Assembly (NCBI GenBank): GCA_964016885.1
Contig: OZ024741.1
Coordinates: forward strand, 168,392,001-168,456,000
Direction: 5' to 3'
DNA: 64,000 bases
Source: Eledone cirrhosa
Lineage: Eukaryota
The position numbers were made by a program, and so were the translations under genes. Positions 24,290 through 35,753 of this stretch are shown here, one piece after another (the stretch's first letter is position 1; each line of letters begins with the position of its first letter). The notes beneath the pieces were generated by a model, which had not been told where the DNA came from, ran no database searches, and saw only the letters and a list, made by a program, of their open reading frames with translations.

Positions 24290-27200
24290 AAAAAGCCACC
24301 AGGGCAAGTGCCCTCTCCCAGTTTTCCACCTTTAATTTACAGACACATACTCAGAGTAGGTCCATTCACTCGGGCCATTCTTGCCTCTCTCACCCATCTT
24401 TCAACAAAATGCTAGGAAGAGAGCACTTCCCTCTCTACCCTGATTTTCCTTTTCAAATGAAATTTGCAAAAGTTAATCAGGGCATCACCGAAGAGGTAAG
24501 TGCTCGTCTTCAGCCCTTTCAAACGTGTCCACCATACTATCTCTTTCGCCATGGCCACCAGACAGATAAAAACTGCCTGCCTTTCTCGGCTAAAGGAAGA
24601 GGGCGGGTCAATCCTCACGATGGTCTCAGCTGATAGCTGGATCTGTCCTACACGTGACAGCAGGTGTTCGACATAAGTGCAGTGCAGGACGGTTTCGTCG
24701 CCCTGCGCGCATCTCGGTCATGCCCGGCTGACGGCACCTCCATGCCTGTAGAGTTTATCCCGAACTGGCAAAGCTCCTCGGAGGCACTGCCAGGCCATGG
24801 ATTTCTGGAAGTTATCCATAGGCCCCAGTCCGAAAGTTCTTCCGAAGAGATTGGCTAGTTGATTTTCGTCGACGCCTAGAGTTTCCCCAAGTACGTCGTC
24901 GCTCTTCCCCTCCACTAATCCTCTATAGAACGCCAAGGTGGAGTTTCCACCGATCACATTGCCCGATTGGTTGAGGGCTGTGAGCGCCTGAAGACATTCC
25001 AGTCTCCAAGCGCTCCCTCTCTGTCTTCGCTTGACCCAGGACTGCAGCTCCATCAAGGAGACGAGCTGGGGAAAGACGCGACTAGCAAACGGCGACCACA
25101 CTTGATCAACATCGAGGAAGAGGTGGAGATGTCGTAGCCTGAGCGCGTGTCTGCGCATCATCAGCCCTCCACGTAGCAGGTGTTGACAGCAGATGGACCG
25201 CCTGACCATCGGAGCGCGTCCTTCCCACAAAAAGCGAAAGAGCAAACGCTCCAGCGCAGTCAGGTGGGGCTTAGAACAAGTTACGATGGTCAGGCGGCAG
25301 TAGATGACGGACGCGATGTACGCGTTAACCACCTCCGCTCGACCTTTCAGGGATAGCTTCCTCTGCGCCCATTTCTGGGTGAGAGAAGCCACCCTGCTTG
25401 TTACCTCGTCCCAATTTTTGTCCATCTGGAGGTCCGGACCGAACCAGACCCCGAGCAATTTAACCGGTCGATCCGTCCAGCACCCAACGACGCTGTTGGA
25501 CGGCATGGACCTGCCTCTCCAAGTGCCGAGCTGCAGGCCTACTGACTTTTCCTGGTTGATCATTGCTCCTGTCACCGCTTCGTATTCTCTTAGTGTAGTG
25601 CCGATCGCCTCAATGTGTTTGGCGTTCGACACCACTACGGTGACATCGTCCGCATATGCTGACACGGATCTTCCACATCCTAGTTCGCGTGGGACCCCCC
25701 CTCAACGTCTCCAGTTTGTGCAGTAATGGCTCGAGAGTCAATATGTACAAGAGGGATGAGAGGGGACTTCCTTGGCGGACCGAGCGCATAATGTTGAACG
25801 GTTCCGAAAGGGTACCGTTCACTCTAACCACAGAGCAGATGTCGCTGTGCATGGCAGCAATCCAGCCTCTGAAGACAGGCCCAAAGGCCTCAGGACTGCC
25901 GCTAGGTAACGATGGTCGACCCTATCGAAAGCTTTCGACTGATCTAAATTGATCAAGGACCCACCCGTGCCAGGTTCCCTGGCTACCCTCTCTACGATGT
26001 ATCGCATGAGGTGGAGGTTGTCGTAGATGGATCTGTCGGGAATGGCTCATGTCTGCACCTCTCCCACCAGACCACCAACCTCTTTGCTAGCACCTTGGCC
26101 AAAATTTTGAACTCTGTGTTTAGCAGAGTTATGGGTCTAAAATTATCTATGTTATCCCCCTTGTTCGGATCCTTTCTCAGCAGCGCCACAGCTCCTCGGC
26201 TCAGAGCTGGGAATTCTCCCGTTCTGTTGCCAGTTGCAGTAGACGTCCGCCAAGAGGCCTCCGAACAAGTCTGGCATCTGTACGTAAAGTTCATAGGGTA
26301 GACCATCCAAACCAGGCGATTTACCCCTTGTGCAGCCAGTCATTGCCTCCCGTACTTCAGCGGCTGTTATCGGCTTTTCACAACACTCCGCCTCAGTGGC
26401 CGAGAGCCGTGGCAGTCCGTCGAGGTAGACACTAAAGTCCATCCCTCGATCCGGCCCACCGCTGCCCCCGAACAGCTGAGTGACGTGTCGCTGAAAAGCT
26501 TCACACATTTGCCCGGAATCGAGTAGCATGTGCTCGTCGTGGTCCACCAAAGACCGGATCGTGGCTTTGTTGCCACGATGCACCTCCGCCACTCGGGCCC
26601 ATTGAACGGCTTTCGTCCCCTCGTGTCTGAGAGCACGCACCCTAGCTCTGACAACGCAGTCTTCGTGCTTTGCATTGAAGAATTGGTCAAGGGCCAATTT
26701 CTCCGCAAGTACGTCGGTTGCGATGCCTTTGCTAAGCGCCTCGTCTAATTTTCTAACTAGTTCTCCCTCTGCTCTATTTTTCTCTATTGCTAAAACTTTA
26801 CTAAACCTAATGGACTCTATTCTAATCGCTTTTTTCAGAGCAAGCCACCACTTGTTGTTGACGATGGCCCCCGTCAACACCCGCTTAACTAGTTCGCTAA
26901 TCTGGTCTCTGTAGGCCTTGCACGTTGGTAAGGACGCGTTTAGCTTCCAGTAGCCGGGTCCTCGTTTATGAAGCCTATCTAAGTCAAGCACACAGATCAC
27001 GAATTTGTGGTCCGTGTAGCTGAATATCTTGAATTGCGGACAGCCTATGCTTGACCTATCTATTTCCCTACAAAATACTCTATCTAGATATGATCTGGAT
27101 GACCCTATACGATTTGTCCAAGTCCACATTGGCACATTCGGGAAATCCAATCGGTACCTGTCAGACAGTTCAAAACGCCTGAGCAGGTTGGTGAGGCTCT

Positions 27201-27685
27201 TGCACCCTCCTCCCCTATCCGCTAATCCCACACAGTCCCAGCGTGCATCTACGATCCCGTTCCAGTCGCCCACTAACACTAAAGAGCGGGACATTCCTAG
27301 AAAGGTCTCGACGGCAGAAGAAATCAGGCCACCCTGCTCCTGTCGGGGCATAGACGGCCACTAGCCTGAAAGCTTGCCCGTCTCCGCTGGTCACGTCCAG
27401 CACCACCAACTAACCTTCTGGGTCCAGGAAGATGGCCCGTATGGCGAGATCCAAACCTCTCCGAAAAAGCATAAAAACTCCTACCCCCGATCCAGGACGG
27501 CTGGGAGATGTGTACACATCGTAGCCGCCGAAGATCGGTGCGAAGGCCCGTGCTTCGGAGATTCTGGTCTCGCTGATGGCCACTACATCTATGTTTAGTG
27601 ACCTGAGGTCGTTGAGCCGGTGGCCCTGCTTCCATGACGACCCCAAACCACGCGCATTTATGCTGCCTATTCTGAGTGAGGTCAT
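24290..27685 (-). pseudogene. Tx1 ORF2 (APE endonuclease, RT, C-terminal Cys/His motif), frameshifted
   Basis: Motifs SINARG, ISET, AVYAP, VGDWN, LDR, TDHK, GPGYWKLN, KSPGLDG, NFRPITLLN, LDQSKAFDRV, VRQGSPLS, AYADDV and CPRC....ETV.H, spread over ORFs 27410-27685, 26152-27351, 25992-26306, 25819-26007, 25610-25852 and 24718-25665. Confidence 0.93.
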
Positions 27686-27726
27686 GTTGAAATGGAGTGG
27701 AAAAGATGGGAAAGACCACTTACCTT

Positions 27727-29792
27727 ACTTCTCGTAGAGGAAGGATGGTTTCTCCATCCCTTTTCACTTGATCGTCTTGTGAAGGGACCGTTGAATCGTC
27801 CCTTCGGCTCTTCTGAGTATATCCAAACATACTCTCTGGTTGAGTGTCCCTCCTAGGTCTCTGAAATCACCAACTGCCTTGGGGAATTTCGTTTTAATGT
27901 TTGTGTATTGCTTCTGTGCTATTCTTACCAGTCTTATGTTCGTTGGTGTTTTGATTGGTGCTGGTATTATGTAGTCGTGCTGTGAAATGTCTGTGTGTTC
28001 AATTATGTAAGTCATTAGTTTCTTGTTGTGTGTATTTATTGCTGTTCATTTGTTTTTCTAAGGGTGGGTGTGGTTCTGCTATTTTCTTGTCATTGTTGCA
28101 GGATGTGTATGTTTTGTTGTGTTTGCGATGTTGGTGCTTGTGGTGGTGGTGTTGAAGGTGTTGATGTTTGCAGTGGGGTTGCCGCTGGTGGTGCTAGTGT
28201 GGGTGGTGATGGTGTTGGTGGTGTTGCTGCTGTAAGTCTCTTTGCAGTAGCCTTTACCCTTTTTTCATTTCTTTCCTCCCTTTTCAAAGGTGGCGATGCG
28301 CTGCTTCTGCGTTTGTGCCTCCTTGCGACCTTTTGCCATCCCTCTCCCACCTCACACTCCATGTCCGATTCGGTGAGGTCGGGGACGGGTACCAGCTCTA
28401 CTCTTTCATTTGTTGTTGTTTGCAGTGGAGTCTCTGTTGCAGCTGCAGTTGGTATTGCTGTTGTTGTTAATACTTCCACTGCTGCTGCTGTTCTTGATTT
28501 CCGTGGCGTGGGTATGGGTACCACGGACCTATCCTTCCTGGTTGCTGCCTGTCCTGTTGCTGGTAGAAGTGGAGCCGGTTTTGGAAGGAGGGGGGTTTTC
28601 TCCTTTCTCAGGGTCTTCTCATTGCAGAAGGCCCTGAAGTGAGTCTTCGATCTACAGCGAAAGCATTTCGGGCGTTTCCTCTCAACACTTATGGGCAGTT
28701 GAGTGCCGTTATCGAAGTCTATCACATCCGGCATAGCTTCGATGCACACCTGGTTAGTTTGGATTAACATCTCAATGGAGGTGCCGACCCAATCTTTTCG
28801 TACTTTTTTCTGTACTTGCTGTACAGTTGTTTTGTCCTCGATTCCGATGAGGACAGACTCGGCCAGCCAAGAAGGGGCCATTCCGGGGGTGGGGGGGACG
28901 TGGGTCAGTTTGACACTCACAATTTTTTGTCCTCAGTAGGAGGGCACCAACACCATTTCCTCGCTCTTTGGGTCACTAAGGATTGAGCCTTTGCCTCCTG
29001 GGGTGTGGCAAAAAGCACGTCCACGGTGGCATATTTCTTGCCTCAGGTGATATGCGTTTTCCGCTGCCACACAGACCCTAAGGCTTTTTGTATTTGAGCC
29101 TCTGTGGCTCTTTTAACCCTACGGGATTTTGTGCTTACTGTACGGTACGTGACCGTACAGTGCTATTGGGTTTCGAAAAATTTTTCGGCTGCCTTGCAGA
29201 TTGCTCGGTGTCCGGTTTTCGTCACCATCTTCTTTGCTTCCTGTAATTCCTCATTTGTTATAAGGATGGTTTCCAGGTTCTTTGCGATACCTGCAAACGA
29301 GATTGGTTTTTCTTTCTTGTTGTTGTTGTCGTCAGAGCTGCTGTTACTTTTGTTGTTGCTGCTGGTACTACGATTGCCGCCGCCGCTGTTGCTGTGGTTG
29401 CTGCTGCTGCTGTTGTTTCTGCTACTGCTGATGCTGTTGCGGCTGCTACTATTGTTTTCCTTGTCACTGTTGCTGCTGCTGCTGTTATTATGGCTGCTAC
29501 TGTTATTATTCATGACGTCAGACGAATGAAATGGCTTTCTGTATTTACCGCACACATTTTTCGTCGTTGTCGTCATCGTGGAGAAATGTTCCACGTTTTG
29601 CAAACTATCAGAAACTATATTTTTATTTTTATTTACTGGCGTCGCTTGCGAAAGAGAAGGGAGGGAGAGAGACAATCTTCTCTCTGATGTAGTGATGATT
29701 GAGGAAGAAGAAGACGGAATGAGTGGGAGTGACTTGTGAAAATTCTTTTTTGTAGCCATGTTTTTTTGGTTTAAAATGAATATTGGGCACAA
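27727..29792 (-). pseudogene. Tx1 ORF1 (gag-like, CCHC zinc knuckle), interrupted by stops
   Basis: ORFs 29163-29792 (Ser/Asn-rich), 28090-28920 (CFRCRSKTHFRAFC = CX2CX4HX4C, GWQKVARR, Pro/Thr-rich) and 27764-28015 lie directly upstream of ORF2. Confidence 0.85.
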
Positions 29793-29967
29793 AACCCCAA
29801 TAAGCGGTTATTTAACCCCGAAGGTCCAAATAACGGGCAGAAAGACCCCTCTCACGAGGAGGAGGGTGTTTTTGTCTACAATTTGGTTAAAGTTTTGTCT
29901 ACAATTGTTATAGCGCTTAAAAGTTACTATACCTTACAGAGCCGAGCCTCCGTCAACCATGGCATTC

Positions 29968-30306
29968 AATAATAATAATAATACTTTCTGTATTAACCAC
30001 AAGGGTTGACATAAAGTATAAAATTAAGAGCAACACAGGATGGTACAAATGGGCATTTCTGTGTGCAAAAAAAAAACAAAGGAAAATTCCCCAATAGAGG
30101 GGAGACTTCCGAGGGATACTCGTGGAAAAAGCCCATTAAAAAAGCCACGGTGACCCTGACTACATGGACAAGTGCCCTTTCCCAGTTTTCCACTTCCAAT
30201 TTACAGGCACATACTCGGGCCATGCTTGCCTCTCACCCATCTTTCAACAAAATGCTAGGAAGAGAGCACTTCCCTCTCTCCCCTGATTTTCCTTTTCAGA
30301 GGCTCC
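29968..30306 (-). mobile_element. 5'-truncated second copy of the same Tx1 family
   Basis: Homologous to 24093-24455 and has its own (TTA)n tail at 29968-29982. Confidence 0.92.
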
Positions 30307-30491
30307 AATAATAATTCTTTCTACTTTTGGCACAAGGCCAGCAATTACCTAGTGCATTACTGGTACTTTATTTTATCGACCCAGTAAGGATGAAAGGCAA
30401 AGTCAACCTCGGCGGGATTTGAACTCAGATCGTAAAGGAACGTAACTATGCTGGAAAGCATGGCGTCTGACCCTCTACTGATACTGCCAAT
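30307..30491 (-). mobile_element. SINE family A
   Basis: Matches family A. Its (ATT) tail abuts the truncated Tx1. Confidence 0.92.
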
Positions 30492-30623
30492 ATAGCAATA
30501 ATATGGACGAGGTGTCAAATTTTCATTACATTTATTGAGGGGTGATGCACATTTCACAATTGATCAACTCAAAGTTCGATCTATGTCAATCAGGCCTGAC
30601 TCTAGAATCAAATGCTCATCAGA

Positions 30624-30678
<55 letters not shown>

Positions 30679-30999
30679 GCCAGAATGTGTGGTTGAATCA
30701 CTAAAGAAAGAGCCAAATATATTATCTTGGCAAACTGGCATATATCTTCCTAGTTACTTGGACTATCCCGGAGCAAGTTGATTTTGCCTCGTTTGCCAGC
30801 CATATTCAGAAAGTTACTGCTAGTGATATTTCAGTAAAGTCCCTTTTAAAAAAACATCCTCAAGATACATGTAAAAAACATGCACACATACACATGCATA
30901 TGTCTTGTTAATTAGTGCAGGAGAAGCAAAACATTCTGTTAGTCTTTTTAGTCTGGAATGTTTCATTATCCAGTTTTTGAAAGAGTTATGAAGGTTGCC

Positions 31000-31830
31000 C
31001 GGTGATTTTGAATCATGCTATCTGTGGTTACTGGTGGGTTTCTGGATGTATGGTGACCAAAAATGGAAAATGAAATTAGTTCTATACAGGCATGGCTTGC
31101 ATATCTTGTTCCTCATGTTGAGGCATGAGTTTGAATCCTGTGAAGTTTTCTATATAAGCCATCTCTTGGTGTTGCAGGGTCTGTACCTTTTGGAACCATT
31201 GGTGTAGGGTTACATTTCTCTGCTATACTCCAGGTTATGTTTTAATCAGTAGAGCCCACTCTCAGCTTCCATTTATGGCTGGAGAGCTTCCTCATGTACC
31301 TTTTCTCCTGTTTACAGAACGATACCACATGGTTGTTGTAGTGTTCTTTAATCTGTCATTCTGTAAGACCGGTGTACTGAAATTCGTGGTGTAGTTTGGG
31401 TTTGGCAATTTCACTATCACCTCATAGACTATGGCCTCTGTTTTACATGCTCCATCTTGAGGGCATGCATTTCTAATCCTACATGAACATCTAGCTAGTT
31501 TGGGTAATAGTGGTTTACTGGTAAATTGAGCTAAAACTAACTTTAAGGTTGTGTCTGTTAAATAGTTTCCTGTAAGGGTGGCTTGCTGGAAAGTGCTTAT
31601 CTCTTAGAGCTAGGAATGTTCTGCCGATGTTAGTTTTGACATTCAGTGAGAAGGGAGGCATGAACCAGATTGTTCTTTAGGTTCTGGTTCCCTTTGCATT
31701 TACTAGCCTAGGGTTATAGTTAATTCTTTCTTTGAATCTACTTGCTTCTAGGGCTACCTTATAGGTGGAGGCCACTGTGTCGAAAATGTCCTTGCTAGAT
31801 GAGAAGTTGGAGAATCTATGCTAATAATTT
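31000..31830 (-). pseudogene. Penelope-like element remnant (RT thumb/linker + GIY-YIG), Naiad-like
   Basis: Minus strand: SSKDIFD..A..YK.AL..., RTIWFMPPFSLNVKTNIGRTFLAL.DKHFPASHPYRKLFN..., CSC....CPQDGAC....IVY, YTGLTE...NNH. The subclade assignment is inference. Confidence 0.8.
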
Positions 31831-32261
31831 TCATGATATTATTAAATCCATAATTTTGGCAGAGTTTTTTTCTGGTTATATATATGCTAATATGTATATG
31901 TATAAATGAATATAGATATACAAATGTAAGTTTATAGATTGGCGAGAAAGTTTTGTCGTAACTGACAAAATAAAACAGTCTAACAATAACAAAGCATATA
32001 AGCCAACTGAATAGAAAAAGATGGGCATCAGCACATTTTTTGTTTGCTGGACAAATTGGCTGCTATTTACACATAAATAGTTATTATTTAATCAATGCTA
32101 GGCTGAAATCTTCTAATTCTCTCTCTCATCTCTTCTTCTTTCTCCACTAAATCCTGAGAGGGCTGTGATGACAGAGTCCTCAAACACTCCTTCCAGGGGG
32201 TCTTGTCAGAAGCAACCATCTACAACTGATGAAATATATATAATTATATTGTCTTGTTCAT

Positions 32262-32298
<37 letters not shown>

Positions 32299-32311
32299 CA
32301 TATTATATAAT

Positions 32312-32607
32312 GAACAAGACAATATAATTATTCCATTACTCAAGGTTTCATGAAGTTAGACGATTCTAACAGAAACGTCTGTTTCATTCATCAGATGAAA
32401 TAACTTTATTATGGATATAAGATATGAATTTAAAATCTATTACAAATGAAAATGAGGCTGAATTAACATAACGGAAAAAATACATGTCCAGGGAGAATCA
32501 CACTGAAATAAAGATATTTCTTCCGATGAATGAAATCAGACGTTTCTGTTAGAATCGTTTAACTCCGCGAAACCTTGGGTAATGGAATAATTATATTGTG
32601 TTGTTTA
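32312..32607. mobile_element. Inverted pair of hammerhead-containing pseudo-LTR segments
   Basis: 32312-32410 and 32507-32607 are ~98 bp diverged inverted repeats. Minus copy 32331-32399 reads ttcat-CTGATGA-atgaa...ttcat-GAAA-ccttgag-TA-atggaa. The plus copy has the core CCGATGA. Confidence 0.7.
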
Positions 32608-32785
32608 TTACATAATTAAATAGCTCTGTACTATACATAGAGCACTCTTCTTTCCTTTACCTTTTCTACAGAAATACTTTACACATATATACATTTTATA
32701 TATATATACATATATTATTATTACATATATATATATATATATACACACACAGACATTTGTGTGTATATATACAGACATTTGTGTG

Positions 32786-32990
32786 TATGGAGGCACATGA
32801 CTGGGGTCCCTATCATTCTACTGCAAAGTGGTCGTGGAGGTGCCACGGAAAAAAAGCACCCAGCACTCACTGTAAATGAGGTTGGTGTTAGGAAGAGCAT
32901 CCAGCTGTAGAAATCAAGCCAGAATCAGTTCCCGTCCCACCCTTGCAAGCAGGGAAAAGCAGACGTAAAAATGATGATGATGAATGATGA
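32786..32990 (+). mobile_element. SINE family B with internal deletion
   Basis: The ATGGAGGCACATG head is joined directly to the 3' half, and the B-box/CORE region is missing. Confidence 0.85.
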
Positions 32991-33029
32991 TATATATATA
33001 TATATAATCATCATCACTGTTTTACGTAT

Positions 33030-33379
33030 ATCATCATTCATCATCATTTCATTTTACGTCCGCTTTTTCCCTGCTTGCAAGGGTGGGATGGGAACTGATT
33101 CTGGCTTCATTTCTACAGCTGGATGCCCTTCCTAACACCAACCTCATTTACAGTGAGTGCTGGGTACTTTTTTGCCGTGGCACCTCCACGACCACTTTGC
33201 AGTGGAATGATAGGGACGCCAGTCCCTATCATCTCATTTCTACAGCTGAGTAAACTGGAGCAATGTGAAATAAAGTGTCTTGCTCAAGGAAACAACACAT
33301 CACCTGGTCTGAGAATTGAACTCACAACCTTTTGATTGCAAGGCCAATGCTCTAACCACTAAGCCATGGGCCTCCACAT
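33030..33379 (-). mobile_element. SINE family B, full length
   Basis: Reverse complement of the 7197-7530 family. Confidence 0.92.
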
Positions 33380-33759
33380 ATATATATATGAATTAATATA
33401 TATTATTGTTTCACCTGTATTGTATCAGAAATCTTGTATCACAATGTTATAAAAGCAAAATGGAATGTCAAATAAGCTTTCCTTCATAATTAAATATATC
33501 AAATTAATAGTTCAATAATTGTTGAAACAGTGTTCAATAAATAGAAATAAATTTCATCTATTAATTTAATTACAATGGCTTTTGCTATCAAATAACATAA
33601 TTGAATTTGAAGATATACTCTTCAATTAAATAGAGTGTCAACATTTTCTACGAACATTCTGTAGAAATAATGGTTAGATATCTATCTTTAACTGATAAAA
33701 GTTGAGAATTTTAGCTCCAGCGTTTTTGTGTAATCTTGATGATGACACTTGTTAGTAAT

Positions 33760-34185
33760 CATCATCATCATCATCATTTAACATCTATCTTCCACTCTAG
33801 CATGGGTTAAATGGAAGTTGTCCCACTTGAGCTTAAATTGATCGGGTGACCGTGTCTCGTTTGTATAGGACTGTCTGGCAGGGTGTCTACGGCTGGATGC
33901 CCTTCTTAACACCAACCACAATTACTGTGTGGACTGGGAACTTTTTACTGTGTTACCTACATAACCACATTACAGCGTGGATTGTGTGTTTTTTTGTCGT
34001 GACACATACAGGATCTCATTAGTTTGGACTGGATGTTGTGGTACCAACATAACTTTATAGAGAAAGGGTGGAGTTGGTGGGAGTGGGAGGATGGAGTAGG
34101 GGTAGTGGGTTGGGGCGTATGTTTGGTTTGGAGGGGCCTACTAACTGTAGGTTAACTTTGCACGTAGTGAAGGCGGGTCTTCTGT
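33760..34185 (-). mobile_element. RTE LINE 3' UTR fragment
   Basis: Homologous to 10460-10868, with a (GAT)n tail. Confidence 0.88.
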
Positions 34186-35468
34186 AAATAAAGCAAATTT
34201 ACTTTCTACATGGATATAAGTATGGAGGTGGTGTTACATCATTACCTTGATTCTGTTGACTAATGCAAACTACAGGTTCAATGCACAGGCTTGTGTGCAT
34301 TTTGTATAGGGAAAGTGCATGGCTTAGTGGTTAAGATGTTTGCTATTAGTTCGATTCCTAGTAGAAACGTAGTGTCCTTAAGTAAGACATTTTGCTCCAG
34401 TGTGGGTTTATGATTGATGTAACAAGTAGCATGAGAAGCAACATCATGTATACAGAAGAGCAAAATGATAGGGCTTTTTTTCCTTGTGAAAATTCCTAGT
34501 CAGTTGACATGTGAGCTTGTGTGAAACCTGGGATTTCTAGTTAAATTTTGGGAGTGAGTATGATTTTTAGATTATGTAGCTAGACAACAGTGATATTCAG
34601 GGGAGACTAGCAAGATAAATGATTTTACGTTTGCCACCTACAAGCTATTTTGATGCTGTACATATTTTGTTATTGTTCCTTTTCTCCTCAAATGGCAACA
34701 TTCAAGTTTAGAGCAACTTGAGGAAAGGGGAGGGCTTACATCCTTTCAGATTGGAAACAAAGTCAGGGTAAAGCCCTCCAAAATGTGCTGCATGCCTTAA
34801 CAGGGGAGGGGAACAGAAACAGTTGTGAATTCCTGAAACGATGCGTCTGTGGATGGAATGATGTCATATCCTGGACGTTTGCTGGGACATTGACTTGTTG
34901 GAGGATAAGAAAAGAGAGGATATGAGCAGTACTCCAGCCTTGCAAGAATTATGGAGGAAGTGACACCCACTCTGGTCAATGGCAGGCTTCAATATAAAGT
35001 GAGAATGTGAAAAGTCATCTTTAAATCTGAGGGGCATGTGGGGTTATGAATGGTATGTTGAAAGTAGCAAGAGTAGCAACATCACATAAGCAGAAAACTA
35101 ACATGACAAGGGCTTTTTCCTCATGGGGATTTATAGCTAGTGGATGTGTATTTGTGAGCTCATGTAAAACCTGGGAGTTTTGGGGTGAATATGGTTTGGG
35201 GATTATGCAGTTAGACAACAGTGATGTTTCATGGAGCACTGATAAAATAAGCAGTGTTATGTTTCCCACACACATCATGTTCACACAACTAGAAACAATC
35301 AGCTTTACCTGTAATTTCAAAGGACTAGCTTTGTCACAGTGTTATGCTGACTTACATTAAATGTATGTGTTAATGGAATGCTCAAGTACTTACATGTTAA
35401 TTTCATGAGCTGGCTGATCCTTTGATTGCATCAACTGGATCACTTGTTGGAGCTGACAGTAGTCACAC

Positions 35469-35509
<41 letters not shown>

Positions 35510-35753
35510 AAATGAGACTGTGTTAACCCTTTTAATACCAACCCAGCCAAAATTGGCTCTGGTTCTACCACCCTTTTAAAAGGTTTCTTATTTAATCCTG
35601 TTGATACCAGCTTGGCCCAAACAGCCCATTTTAAAGGGTTCCTATTTATACTAAAATCTTCCAAAGTAATTTTATATAAGAGCCCTACGTTAAAATACTA
35701 TGTAATTAATAATTGATAATTTAAGTAAATCCCTTAAAATTCTTCATTAATTA

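Larger units (their letters stand above)
24090..29967 (-). mobile_element. Apparently full-length Tx1 (L1-group) non-LTR retrotransposon, disrupted
   Basis: 5' UTR, gag-like ORF1 and APE-RT ORF2, then AATAAA and a (TTA)n tail at 24093-24109. GC-richer than the flanks. Confidence 0.93.

Noticed and set aside
28028-29687. Plus-strand hydrophobic ORFs (204 aa, 141 aa, 97 aa)
   Set aside because: They are antisense shadows of the low-complexity Tx1 ORF1.
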